DNA of 64,000 nt. It comes from Sphaerochaeta sp. (lineage in GTDB: Bacteria > Spirochaetota > Spirochaetia > Sphaerochaetales > Sphaerochaetaceae). Made by a program: the position numbers and the translations under genes. The stretch covers positions 3,651 to 67,650 of the forward strand of contig JAGYOG010000009.1 of NCBI GenBank assembly GCA_018399495.1. The letters run 5' to 3'. How positions within the stretch are numbered: position 1 is the stretch's first letter; every line of letters starts with the position of its first letter. A model generated the notes under the pieces. The model saw nothing but the letters and a program-made list of their open reading frames with translations. It had not been told where the DNA came from and ran no database searches. Below, piece by piece: positions 30,382-40,255 of this stretch.

Positions 30382-32710
30382 AGAACTGGGGTTCTTCCAA
30401 GTTTTACAACAGATAAAAAGCATGAGTCATGCACCAGAAGGCGTGAAAGTTCTCGAAGATCTACCTTTTTTAGATACACAGAATGAGCTTGCGTTACGGC
30501 AAAATCAAGTTGCAGCAGCGATTAAGTTGCTCTCAGGAGCAGATAGACTCATTCTTCACTCCTTCCCCGAGATACAGGAGACACTCTCCTGTCTTGATGA
30601 TCCTACCCGAGGAGCGGAAGGGTATGAACTGCTCGATGTAGCTCGGTATATACGTAGTGCAGAACATCTTTACAGACATGTGGAGACTATGCAGGATCCA
30701 GATGGATACTTTGCGGTTTTGAACCCTCTCCTGGGTGAAGGCCTGCCACTAGAATTGGTTGCCTTATCCAGTCAGATTGAGGAAACGCTTGATGATAGTG
30801 GACAGGTGAGAAACACCCATCCCAGAATCAGTGCGTTGTTTCGACAGGTGGATGCAGCAAAAAATGAACGATCTCGCTTCTGTTCGCAGTTCATCAGGAG
30901 CAACCCAACTGCCGTGCAGACCGACCAGGAAGCCATGCGGGATGGAAGATTGGTCATTCCTGTAAGGAGTGACCGAAGAAGCCAGGTACAAGGATTTGTA
31001 TCCAGTAGTTCCAGTTCTGGAAATACGGTTTTCATGGAACCCTACACGCTTGTTGAGATGAACAACTCAGTGATGATGGCGCAAAACCAGATTCTCGTAG
31101 AGATTGCCAAGATTCTCAGGGAACTGAACAGCAGTGCAAGAGCGCTAAGAGCTCAACTGAAAGCTTTATCTTCACGTATAGGCGGACTCGATGCCATGTT
31201 CTCCATTGCGCTTTGGGCACAGGAAACTAACGCTACGGCAACCGATTTACAGACACACCAATGCAACCTAGAGCAGGCTCGACACCCTTTGCTTGGCAAA
31301 AAGGTTGTTCCCATCTCCATTTCGCTTAAAGATGGCGTAAGGGCTGTAGTCATCAGCGGCCCGAACGCAGGAGGAAAGACGGTCACGATCAAGACCGTCG
31401 GACTGTTTGCGCTGCTTAATCAGTACTGCGGATTCATCCCAGCAAAAGAAGGGAGTAGTCTTCCCTTGTTTGACAACTTGTTTACCGATATTGGGGATGA
31501 ACAGTCAATTGAGGAGGAGCTTTCCACTTTCAGTGGGCATATGAAACAAATTGGGTACATTCTGAGAAACATGAGTGAACGCAGCTTGGTGATTCTTGAT
31601 GAACTTGGCAGTGGTACCGATCCCGTGGAAGGCTCTGCTATTGCCCGTTCTGTGCTTGAATACTGTTTGGAAAAAGCAAAACTGACATTGGTGACCAGTC
31701 ACCACGGGGTGCTTAAACAGTTTGCCTATGCAAAGAAGGAAGTCATCAACGCCTCAATGGAGTTCAATGAGCACTCTCACATGCCAACCTTTCGGGTCAT
31801 TCAAGGGTTGCCTGGAGAAAGCCATGCAATTGATACTGCTCGCTCTATGAAACTACCTAAAGTGGTAATCTCGCGTGCTGAGCAATACCTAGGGAGTGAG
31901 GCAGTCCAGATTGCTTCAATTATCAAGGACCTTGAGGAAAAACGGAAAGAGCTGGAAAACCAGGAAGAACAAACCAGGAAGCGGTATTACACGCTTCAGC
32001 AAGAAATAAAACAACTACAACTTAAAGAACTTCGTGTAAGGCAGAGAGAGGCCCAGCTCAAGGAAGAGCAGACCACTGAGCTTGCCCGATTCATGAGCGC
32101 CAAAAGAAAAGAGTTGGAAAATCTCGTGAAGACAATGCGAGAGGGAGAACTTGATAAGGCGAAGCGAAAACAGGTAAAAGCGTATGTTCAAAGCCTTGAA
32201 GATAGGGTACAGGATGAACAAGCACTGCTTGAGCAAAGTGAAGAAGAACTCTCAGCGTTTGAAGCAGAGGACCCTAGGGAGTTGAGCGAAGGAATGGAAG
32301 TGCTCTGTGGGAATGCAAAACGATTGGGTAAAATCCTGAAGAAGCAAGGGAAAAACAAGTATCTTGTTGCAATTGGATCAATGCGAATGACCCTCGATGG
32401 GAAGCAGCTGCAGACACCAAAAGAACAACAGAAGACAGTATTGGTATCATACCACAGCAGTACTCCGAGGCCTAAACTGGTACTCGACTTGCGTGGTTAT
32501 ACTCTGGAAGAAGCACTCTCTTCCCTTGAAGAGCAGATTGAAAGTTGTCTTGTCCATGGGGTATCTACCTTCTCAGTAATTCATGGCTATGGGGACGGGA
32601 TTCTTTCCAAGGGAATCTCCTCATATCTGGAACAGAATCGTTCGATACAAGGGTTTCGATTTGCAACGCCAGAAGATGGCGGTATGGGAAAAACATACGT
32701 ACAGCTATAG
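30362..32710 (+). CDS. mutS2: Endonuclease MutS2
   Basis: GPNAGGKT, DIGDEQSI, DELGSGTDP, coiled coil, Smr domain (LDLRG, IHGYG). Confidence 0.93.
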   Translation: MNHKSIEELGFFQVLQQIKSMSHAPEGVKVLEDLPFLDTQNELALRQNQVAAAIKLLSGADRLILHSFPEIQETLSCLDDPTRGAEGYELLDVARYIRSAEHLYRHVETMQDPDGYFAVLNPLLGEGLPLELVALSSQIEETLDDSGQVRNTHPRISALFRQVDAAKNERSRFCSQFIRSNPTAVQTDQEAMRDGRLVIPVRSDRRSQVQGFVSSSSSSGNTVFMEPYTLVEMNNSVMMAQNQILVEIAKILRELNSSARALRAQLKALSSRIGGLDAMFSIALWAQETNATATDLQTHQCNLEQARHPLLGKKVVPISISLKDGVRAVVISGPNAGGKTVTIKTVGLFALLNQYCGFIPAKEGSSLPLFDNLFTDIGDEQSIEEELSTFSGHMKQIGYILRNMSERSLVILDELGSGTDPVEGSAIARSVLEYCLEKAKLTLVTSHHGVLKQFAYAKKEVINASMEFNEHSHMPTFRVIQGLPGESHAIDTARSMKLPKVVISRAEQYLGSEAVQIASIIKDLEEKRKELENQEEQTRKRYYTLQQEIKQLQLKELRVRQREAQLKEEQTTELARFMSAKRKELENLVKTMREGELDKAKRKQVKAYVQSLEDRVQDEQALLEQSEEELSAFEAEDPRELSEGMEVLCGNAKRLGKILKKQGKNKYLVAIGSMRMTLDGKQLQTPKEQQKTVLVSYHSSTPRPKLVLDLRGYTLEEALSSLEEQIESCLVHGVSTFSVIHGYGDGILSKGISSYLEQNRSIQGFRFATPEDGGMGKTYVQL

Positions 32711-32727
32711 TTTTAAAATCTCTGGTC

Positions 32728-32752
32728 AGGCCCTCTTTACAGAGGGCTTTTT
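32728..32752 (+). terminator. Rho-independent terminator of mutS2
   Basis: AGGCCCTCT-TTAC-AGAGGGCTT then T run. Confidence 0.75.
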
Positions 32753-32782
32753 ACTATGTATACTAAATTAGTAATTTACTAA
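32736..32782 (+). promoter_or_regulatory. Promoter with palindromic operator upstream of GIY-YIG-like gene
   Basis: TTTACA-17 nt-TATACT (32736-32764); TTAGTAA-T-TTACTAA palindrome (32768-32782). Confidence 0.6.
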
Positions 32783-32792
32783 AGGATTCAGT

Positions 32793-33131
32793 ATGAACAA
32801 GAAACAACTTCGTGCCCTTTATGAGGAGCAAAAACCACCAATGGGAGTCTTTCTTTTGGTGAATACCAGTACCTCACAGGAGTATTTGGGTGTGAGCAAA
32901 AACATCCAAGCCTCCAAGAACTCTCTCTTTTTTCGTCTCTCTGTTGGAGCCCTGGCAAATTATCCAGAGTTGCAGGATAGCTATACAAAGAAGGGCCCTA
33001 CTATTTTAGAGTTCTCTGTTTTGGAAGAGCTGGAATATCAAGAAGACAGAGAGGATTATCGTGCAGAACTGGAAACCCTGCTTTCGATGATGAAACAAAC
33101 CTATACACAAGCAAAGGAGATACATGTATGA
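32793..33131 (+). CDS. Small GIY-YIG-like protein
   Basis: GVFLLVN...EYLGVSKN, F-x-L-x-x-G, ELQ, FSVLEEL pattern. Confidence 0.7.
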   Translation: MNKKQLRALYEEQKPPMGVFLLVNTSTSQEYLGVSKNIQASKNSLFFRLSVGALANYPELQDSYTKKGPTILEFSVLEELEYQEDREDYRAELETLLSMMKQTYTQAKEIHV

Positions 33132-33607
33132 ACATACCTACAAGTTTGAAGCATAAACCCGTTATCGTGGTACCAAACTATGAACAAGTTGATGGCAAAC
33201 AAGCAAATGAAAGTGACGCAAAAGGTCTATCTGTTGGTCTTGCCCAGTGGAATGATCGTGGCAGTGTGGAGGCATCTGCAAAAGTCTGGCGTTATACAGG
33301 GGAGAAGTGGTCAAGACAGAGTGAAGAGCTTCCTTTGACCCGTGCACTGGATTTGGCAATCTTGGTGTGCCGGACCAACCTATATTTCCAGGATGCCTAC
33401 AGATTCCCCAAATTCTACGATCCCCAGCAGACGACAATAGACCGTATTGGACTGCAGGGTGACGCCATGAACGTAGAGGTATGCACAGATAATCCGATGA
33501 TAGACACCGATATACGTCTGTTGAATGACGCGCTTTCCCAGGAAGGTGAACGACTAGGAGAGCGATTTCGAGTGCTGGCGGATATGTTGAAGCAAATGGG
33601 TTACTGA
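33128..33607 (+). CDS. Conserved hypothetical protein (DUF6530-like)
   Basis: [36 protein letters not shown] recalled from a conserved uncharacterised family; ATGA-coupled to the upstream gene. Confidence 0.7.
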   Translation: MNIPTSLKHKPVIVVPNYEQVDGKQANESDAKGLSVGLAQWNDRGSVEASAKVWRYTGEKWSRQSEELPLTRALDLAILVCRTNLYFQDAYRFPKFYDPQQTTIDRIGLQGDAMNVEVCTDNPMIDTDIRLLNDALSQEGERLGERFRVLADMLKQMGY

Positions 33608-33662
33608 GACAGCTTGCACCCTGCTGGACTGGGTGATACCATTAAGTCGTGATGGAGGCGCT

Positions 33663-34454
33663 ATGTCAGATTATATGAACGGAACAGGTATCCAGTACCA
33701 TTTACATATAAAAGAGGGCGATGTAGGCAGATATGTCATTCTTCCTGGTGACCCGAAACGGGTACCGCTTATTGCAAAGTATCTCGATGATGCAGTACTA
33801 GTGGCTGATAGCCGTGAGTATGTCACCTACACTGGTTCTCTGGATGGAGAAAAGGTCTCGGTTACATCCACAGGGATAGGAGGGCCTTCTGCATCCATTG
33901 CGATGGAAGAGCTTTTTAAATGTGGAAGTGACACATTCATAAGAATGGGCACCTGTGGTGGTATTTCCCTGGATGTGGTGGGCGGAAATGTAGTGATAGC
34001 TACCTCTGCTGTTCGAATGGAAGGAACCAGCCGGGAGTATGCACCTATTGAATTCCCAGCTGTAGCAAACTTTGAGGTGGTTGCAGCACTGAAAGATGCT
34101 GCAGACCAATTAGGAAAAACAAGTCACCTTGGTGTTGTGCAGTGCAAGGATTCCTTCTATGGACAACATGATCCTTCCCTGATGCCGGTCAGCTATGAGT
34201 TGATAAACAAATGGGAGGCTTGGAAGCGCCTTGGCGTATTAGCCAGTGAAATGGAGAGTGCTGCGCTCTTTGTGGTTGCAGCACACTTGGGTGTACGTTG
34301 TGGTAGTAATTTCTTCGTAGTTGGTAACCAAGAACGAGAACTCCTAGGAATGGAGAATCCAAAACTCCATGACACTGAGGATGCCATACGTGTTACGATT
34401 CAGGGAATTCGTAATTTAATCAGAAAAGACAATGAGAATGCTCACAGAGGCTAG
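33663..34454 (+). CDS. udp: Uridine phosphorylase
   Basis: [36 protein letters not shown]. Confidence 0.93.
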   Translation: MSDYMNGTGIQYHLHIKEGDVGRYVILPGDPKRVPLIAKYLDDAVLVADSREYVTYTGSLDGEKVSVTSTGIGGPSASIAMEELFKCGSDTFIRMGTCGGISLDVVGGNVVIATSAVRMEGTSREYAPIEFPAVANFEVVAALKDAADQLGKTSHLGVVQCKDSFYGQHDPSLMPVSYELINKWEAWKRLGVLASEMESAALFVVAAHLGVRCGSNFFVVGNQERELLGMENPKLHDTEDAIRVTIQGIRNLIRKDNENAHRG

Positions 34455-34821
34455 CAGACTTTTTTACCCGTAATATGGTTTCCAAACTAAAAGGCAGGGC
34501 AGTGGTCCCTGCCTTTCCTAGTTCACAGAAACAGTGACTTGCGTGATACAATTCGTATGTTCCGGAAAAAGGGTAGTGCTTACCCACTGAACCCAATGTT
34601 CCAAAGAGTGAAAGGAGATGGGGTGTATCGACGGCCATGAGATTATTTTGGGATTTGGGAAAGGAAAGAAGGAGATCAATTGAGTGGGGTAGCAGGAGGT
34701 AATCAAGAATGTATCCTCCTGCATTCGTAACCTCTAAATAATAATGAGCAAGCAAACGATAGGCATCCTGTGCATTGGTATAAAGCCTCTTTGTATTATG
34801 TTTCTGTATTCTTCCGTACAT
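34420..34821 (-). CDS. Hypothetical protein, weak resemblance to Y1/RAYT transposase fold
   Basis: Strong SD AAGGAGG; [15 protein letters not shown] and HYPFSG segments. Confidence 0.55.
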   Translation of the reverse strand: MYGRIQKHNTKRLYTNAQDAYRLLAHYYLEVTNAGGYILDYLLLPHSIDLLLSFPKSQNNLMAVDTPHLLSLFGTLGSVGKHYPFSGTYELYHASHCFCELGKAGTTALPFSLETILRVKKSASLCEHSHCLF

Positions 34822-34867
34822 GATTCCTCCTTATGTTTCACAAAGGAGGAATTCTCATTGTTTTGCT

Positions 34868-35182
34868 TCAATATAAGGAACTACCTTGTGATTTTAAGAG
34901 CTTCTCATGCTCATTAAGCAACGTCTTAAGGTTTTCGTTATCCTCAGCGGTTACCAGAACCTTGATGGTGAAAACTTCAAGACCGATTCTCTCATACGCT
35001 TCTTGCAACCCTTCATGTGTAAAGGTTCCAAGATCAAGGCGAAATCGGATGGATTGTATATCTTTTGCGAGATCTTCACTGGATATCAGATGTGCTTTGC
35101 CGTCTTGTAGATTCTCGATACAGATGATTCCCCGTTTTTTTTCATTGGTATAGAGGTGTGAGTGTCGTATATGCATGTCCAT
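34868..35182 (-). CDS. Small GIY-YIG-like protein (degenerate)
   Basis: GIICIEN, RFRLDLG, GLQEAY, FTIKVL; same pattern as 32793-33131. Confidence 0.6.
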   Translation of the reverse strand: MDMHIRHSHLYTNEKKRGIICIENLQDGKAHLISSEDLAKDIQSIRFRLDLGTFTHEGLQEAYERIGLEVFTIKVLVTAEDNENLKTLLNEHEKLLKSQGSSLY

Positions 35183-35403
35183 GATGACATCCTAGCAAAA
35201 ATAATTGGAAGGGTATAGAATTGCTTTGATTTCTTTTGGCTATGAGGAAACAAACATAGCCGAATAGACAAATTTTTACAAATAGGTTGAAATTTTATGT
35301 TCATTGCACGATAATTCCCTAAAGTTTGGCGTTTCTTGTAATTTTTTGCAGAAACCGAACATTTCGAGACCTATTGGAACTCAAGGACAAGGTAGGAATT
35401 CAG

Positions 35404-36006
35404 ATGGCTCAACAGATTCAAGATTTGGTTGCTTCCATCCGCAAGGATGGGATTGAGGCTGCCCAGAAAGAGGCTGAACAGATTATTGCCGATGCAAAGG
35501 CTGATGCTGCAGCATTGGTAGAGAAAGCCCGCAAAGAGACTGCTCGGGAAATCGAGAAGGCTCACAAAGAGATTAAAACGCGGGACCAAAGTGCTATCAG
35601 TAGTCTTCAGCAAGCCAGCCGAGACGTACTGCTTTCCCTGAAGAAAGCCATACAGGCAGAACTGGACAGGATTCTTGCAACCGATATTGAAAAAGCTTAT
35701 TCCAGCAAGGAACTTGTCAATGTCATTATCGAGGTTGTTTCCTCTCTTTCCGATATTGGAGGAAAGGAGTTACAGCTGAGCAAGAACGATTTCGATCAGC
35801 TTGCAGCATCTCTGAAAAAGGAACTTGGTGAGGAAATCAAGAAAGGTCTTGAGATCAAGGCAGTTCCCTCAGCAAGATCTGGTTTCAGGGTAAGTGAGAA
35901 GGATGGATCGGCGTTTTATGATTTCAGTGCAGAGGAGACTGCGGAACTGCTTCGTCCGTTCCTATCTCCTTCCATCCAGGACATCGTTTTTAAAGCGGAA
36001 CAATAA
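35404..36006 (+). CDS. V-type ATP synthase subunit E
   Basis: IQDLVASIRKDG, EAEQIIADAK, YDFS; first gene of the operon. Confidence 0.88.
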   Translation: MAQQIQDLVASIRKDGIEAAQKEAEQIIADAKADAAALVEKARKETAREIEKAHKEIKTRDQSAISSLQQASRDVLLSLKKAIQAELDRILATDIEKAYSSKELVNVIIEVVSSLSDIGGKELQLSKNDFDQLAASLKKELGEEIKKGLEIKAVPSARSGFRVSEKDGSAFYDFSAEETAELLRPFLSPSIQDIVFKAEQ

Positions 36007-36015
36007 GGAGTTGTC

Positions 36016-36549
36016 GTGGCTTCCTACTATTATCTGGTAGCAACGTTACCTTCCTTACGGTATGACGGAATGCTTCCGTTTACAACTGATACCTTTCTAT
36101 CGTTATGCAAAGATCAGGTAAGCAATGCGCACTACCTGCTTTTACAGCAAGCAGTTAATGGGGAAGTTTCCTCACATCATTTTCTTTCACAGTACCAGCA
36201 TTTTGCTGGCATGGTGAAGAAAGAGTTGACTGAAGCGAGAAGCAGGAAACTCTCGCTATCGGACACTTCCTACCGAAATGATGGAGATAAGGAAGCAAAA
36301 ATCAGCGACACCGTGCGTCAGGCACTAGTCAGTGATGACGTATTGCAAGCTGAGATGATGCTTCTACGGCTACATTGGAACTACCTGGATGATCTAAGTG
36401 CCCTTCATACGTTTGATATTGAAGGGCTGCTTTCGTATGCATTGAAACTGAATATGCTACAGAGAAAAAGTCTCTTTACCCGAGAGGAGGGAAACGCTGA
36501 GTTCAAGCGTCTCTTCTCTAATATTCAGACCGAGATTGAGAACAATTAG
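36016..36549 (+). CDS. V-type ATP synthase subunit C-like (DUF2764)
   Basis: YYYLVATLPSL N-terminus; position between E and A. Confidence 0.8.
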   Translation: MASYYYLVATLPSLRYDGMLPFTTDTFLSLCKDQVSNAHYLLLQQAVNGEVSSHHFLSQYQHFAGMVKKELTEARSRKLSLSDTSYRNDGDKEAKISDTVRQALVSDDVLQAEMMLLRLHWNYLDDLSALHTFDIEGLLSYALKLNMLQRKSLFTREEGNAEFKRLFSNIQTEIENN

Positions 36550-36560
36550 TGGAGTTGGAT

Positions 36561-38318
36561 ATGGCAAATACAAGTGGGCGTGTCGTAGGCGTCAACGGGA
36601 ATATGGTAACGGTCGAGTTCGACAGTGCTATTGCAAAGAATGAAGTCGGATATATCCATGTTGGCGATGATCGCCTCAAAGGTGAAGTAATCCGTATCAA
36701 TGGGAATACTGCATCCTTGCAGGTCTTCGAAATGACAGGTGGCATTCGCGTTGGTGATGCAGCTGAGTTCTCCGGTGAGATGCTGAGCGTTGCATTGGGA
36801 CCTGGGCTCTTGCAACAGATCTATGATGGTTTGCAGAACCCGCTTCCTGAACTTGCAAAGCAGTGTGGTTTCTTCCTCCAACGAGGAGTGTATCTTGATG
36901 CCATCCCAAACAAGGAATGGGAATTCACTCCTCTGGCCAAGGTTGGAGACCAACTTCGCCCAGGCGATACGTTTGGCACTGTACCAGAAGGCCTGTTCAC
37001 CCACCAGATTATGATTCCTTTCAATCTGGCTGATACTCCTTGGAAGGTAGTTACGATCAAGGGAAAAGGCACCTATGGTGTACGCGATATCATCTGTACT
37101 GTTGAAGATGCAAAAGGTAACAAGAAAGACCTTTCCATGATTTTCACTTGGCCTGTCAAGAAAGCTATCAAACTGTATGAGGAGCGCTTGCGCCCCGATG
37201 AAACCTTGGTTACCAAGATCAGGATCATCGATACCTTCCTCCCGGTTGCAAAGGGTGGTACCTACTGTACCCCTGGTCCTTTCGGTGCAGGTAAGACCGT
37301 TCTACAGCACATGACCAGCCGTAATGCTGATGTTGATATCGTAATTATTGCTGCATGTGGTGAGAGAGCAGGTGAGGTTGTTGAGGTTCTCAAGGAGTTC
37401 CCTGAACTTGTTGACCCGAAGACCGGTCGTTCTTTGATGGAACGTACCATCATAATTTGTAATACCTCTTCCATGCCGGTTGCAAGCCGTGAGGCTTCCG
37501 TATATACCGCAGTAACGCTGGCTGAATACTATCGACAGATGGGACTCAGTGTTCTGCTCTTGGCTGACTCCACCAGCCGATGGGCACAGGCAATGCGTGA
37601 GATGAGTGGACGACTTGAAGAAATACCTGGTGAGGAGGCATTCCCTGCTTACCTGGAAAGCCGAATTGCAGAGTTCTATGAGAGAGCTGGTAAGGTTCGT
37701 CTTCGTGATGGCCGTATTGGATCGGTAACCATTGGTGGAACCGTCAGCCCTGCTGGCGGTAACTTCGAGGAACCGGTGACACAGGCAACACTCAAGGTTG
37801 TAGGTGCTTTCCATGGTTTGAGTAGAGAGCGTAGTGATGCACGTAAGTATCCTGCTATCGACCCGCTTAACTCTTGGTCGAAATATGAGGGTATCATCAA
37901 ACAAGAAAATGTTGAATATGCTCGTAATATTCTCAGAAGAGGTAGTGAAGTCAACCAGATGATGAAGGTTGTTGGAGAAGAAGGAACTTCGGTCTCCGAT
38001 TACATTACCTACCAGAAAAGTGAGTTGATTGATGCTTTCTATTTACAGCAGAACTCCTTTGACCCGGTTGATGCTTCAGTGCCACCAGAGAGACAGAAGC
38101 ATACGTTTGAAGTACTGTTCAAGGTGCTTGCTACTGATTTTGATCTTGAAGATAAGAAACATGTACGTTCCTTCTTTAACACGCTTAGACAGAAGTTCCT
38201 TGACTGGAACAATGTTGAAACAAAGAGTGAACGTTTCACACAGATAGAAGGGGAGATACGTGCCCTGTACCAGGGGAAACAACGTGGTGTTGACCCGGAC
38301 GCTGAGCAGTTGATCTAA
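36561..38318 (+). CDS. V-type ATP synthase subunit A
   Basis: [38 protein letters not shown]. Confidence 0.95.
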   Translation: MANTSGRVVGVNGNMVTVEFDSAIAKNEVGYIHVGDDRLKGEVIRINGNTASLQVFEMTGGIRVGDAAEFSGEMLSVALGPGLLQQIYDGLQNPLPELAKQCGFFLQRGVYLDAIPNKEWEFTPLAKVGDQLRPGDTFGTVPEGLFTHQIMIPFNLADTPWKVVTIKGKGTYGVRDIICTVEDAKGNKKDLSMIFTWPVKKAIKLYEERLRPDETLVTKIRIIDTFLPVAKGGTYCTPGPFGAGKTVLQHMTSRNADVDIVIIAACGERAGEVVEVLKEFPELVDPKTGRSLMERTIIICNTSSMPVASREASVYTAVTLAEYYRQMGLSVLLLADSTSRWAQAMREMSGRLEEIPGEEAFPAYLESRIAEFYERAGKVRLRDGRIGSVTIGGTVSPAGGNFEEPVTQATLKVVGAFHGLSRERSDARKYPAIDPLNSWSKYEGIIKQENVEYARNILRRGSEVNQMMKVVGEEGTSVSDYITYQKSELIDAFYLQQNSFDPVDASVPPERQKHTFEVLFKVLATDFDLEDKKHVRSFFNTLRQKFLDWNNVETKSERFTQIEGEIRALYQGKQRGVDPDAEQLI

Positions 38319-38328
38319 GGGGTTGCAG

Positions 38329-39633
38329 ATGCAGAAAGTATATTCAAGGATTGAATCCATTGTAGGAAATGTCATTACCGTGCGTGCCCTAGGAGTACGC
38401 AATAGTGAGCTTGCCATTGTCACCTCTGAAGGTGAGCAGAGTTATGCAAGCGTTATCAAGTTGGACGAGGATTTGGTCTCGTTACAGGTATTCAGTGGTG
38501 CGCAGGGCATATCCACTGGTGACCAAGTAAGATTTTTAGGGGTTCCTATGCGTGTCTCCTATACCGACAACCTTCTCGGTCGTGTATTCGATGGTACCGG
38601 TAATCCTAGAGACAACGGTCCTTCTTTGTCAGACAATATGATTGATATCGGTGGTCCTGCAGTAAATCCAGCTAAACGTATCATTCCCCGCAATATGATC
38701 AGAACGGGTATCCCAATGATCGACGTATTCAACACATTGGTTGAGAGCCAGAAACTGCCCATTTTCAGTGTAAGTGGAGAACCCTACAACCCCCTGCTTG
38801 CGAGAATTGCGATGCAGGCTGAAGTTGATTTGATTGTACTTGGAGGCATGGGTCTCAAATATGATGACTACCTCTTCTTCAAGGATACTCTGGAAAACGG
38901 TGGTGCAATGAGTCGAACAATCATGTTCATTCACACTGCTAGTGACCCGACTGTTGAGTGTATGTTGGTTCCTGACATGGCGCTCGCTGTTGCAGAGCGA
39001 TTTGCACAGGATGGCAAGAAAGTCCTTGTCCTGCTTACCGATATGACCAACTTTGCTGACTCGATGAAAGAGATGGCAATTACCATGGACCAGGTTCCTT
39101 CCAACCGAGGATATCCTGGTGACCTGTATAGTTCTCTTGCTTCCCGGTACGAGAAGGCAGTTGACTTCGAAGGTGCGGGCTCGGTTACCATTCTTGCTGT
39201 TACCACCATGCCTGGTGATGATGTCACACACCCTGTTCCTGATAATACCGGGTATATCACCGAAGGACAGTATTATCTCAAGGGTGGAAGAATTGAACCC
39301 TTTGGGTCTTTGAGCCGCCTCAAGCAGCAGGTAAACAAGGATACCAGGGACGACCATCGTGCTTTGATGGATGGTATGATCAAACTCTATGCATCTTACA
39401 AGGAGTCACTGGAAAAGAAATCAATGGGTTTCAATATGACCGATTGGGATGAGAAACTTCTCAAGTACGGTAGGCTGTTTGAAAGCAAATTGATGGACTT
39501 AAGTGTGAATATTCCCCTTGAGGGTGCCTTGGACTTGGGATGGGAGATTCTCTCTGACTGTTTTGAGCCTAATGAAACCGGACTTAAGAGTGATTTGATC
39601 TTGAGCCGCTGGCCTAAGAAGTTAAACGACTAA
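38329..39633 (+). CDS. V-type ATP synthase subunit B
   Basis: [30 protein letters not shown]. Confidence 0.95.
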   Translation: MQKVYSRIESIVGNVITVRALGVRNSELAIVTSEGEQSYASVIKLDEDLVSLQVFSGAQGISTGDQVRFLGVPMRVSYTDNLLGRVFDGTGNPRDNGPSLSDNMIDIGGPAVNPAKRIIPRNMIRTGIPMIDVFNTLVESQKLPIFSVSGEPYNPLLARIAMQAEVDLIVLGGMGLKYDDYLFFKDTLENGGAMSRTIMFIHTASDPTVECMLVPDMALAVAERFAQDGKKVLVLLTDMTNFADSMKEMAITMDQVPSNRGYPGDLYSSLASRYEKAVDFEGAGSVTILAVTTMPGDDVTHPVPDNTGYITEGQYYLKGGRIEPFGSLSRLKQQVNKDTRDDHRALMDGMIKLYASYKESLEKKSMGFNMTDWDEKLLKYGRLFESKLMDLSVNIPLEGALDLGWEILSDCFEPNETGLKSDLILSRWPKKLND

Positions 39634-39642
39634 GGAGACGAG

Positions 39643-40254
39643 ATGGCCGTCAAACTGACCAAGAACGAACAGAAACTGCAGAAAGACAGACTGAAGCAAT
39701 ACCAGAGGTATCTGCCGACCCTGCAACTGAAAAAACAACAGCTGCAGATGGTCATCAGACAGATCTCAGCTGAGGTGGCTTCACTCAAGAAAAAGCAGCA
39801 GGCTCTCGTTCAGGACATGCAGAAGTGGATTGCTGTATACCATGAAAATACAGCATTCGCTTCTGAACTGAAGGTTGAAAAGCTCATCAAGATTGACAAG
39901 GTGGTTAAAGCCAGGGGTAATATTGCTGGTGTTTCCATTCCAGTTTTCAAAGAACTGACTTTTGTTCCTATCACCTACAACCTGTCTGACTATCCTTTAT
40001 GGGTGGACAAAGGCTTGGAAATATTACGTGACTTGGCGCGATATGATGCCTTGATTGCTACGTTGGAACAACAGGTGAGACTCCTTGAACGTGAACTGAG
40101 AACCACGAGTCAACGGGTGAATCTCTTTGAGAAGGTGAAGATACCTGAAGCAAAAGATAATATTCGTAGGATTGCCATTTATCTGGGTGACCAGCAGACA
40201 GCTGCTGTCGTCCGTGGCAAGATCGCCAAGAAAAAGCTGATGCGGGGGGCATGA
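39643..40254 (+). CDS. V-type ATP synthase subunit D
   Basis: YLPTLQLKK, TTSQRVNLFEKVKIP. Confidence 0.93.
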   Translation: MAVKLTKNEQKLQKDRLKQYQRYLPTLQLKKQQLQMVIRQISAEVASLKKKQQALVQDMQKWIAVYHENTAFASELKVEKLIKIDKVVKARGNIAGVSIPVFKELTFVPITYNLSDYPLWVDKGLEILRDLARYDALIATLEQQVRLLERELRTTSQRVNLFEKVKIPEAKDNIRRIAIYLGDQQTAAVVRGKIAKKKLMRGA

Positions 40255-40255
40255 G

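Noticed and set aside
36546-39357. Long antisense ORFs (152, 200, 242 aa) over V-ATPase A/B
   Set aside because: Entirely opposite conserved genes; codon-bias shadows
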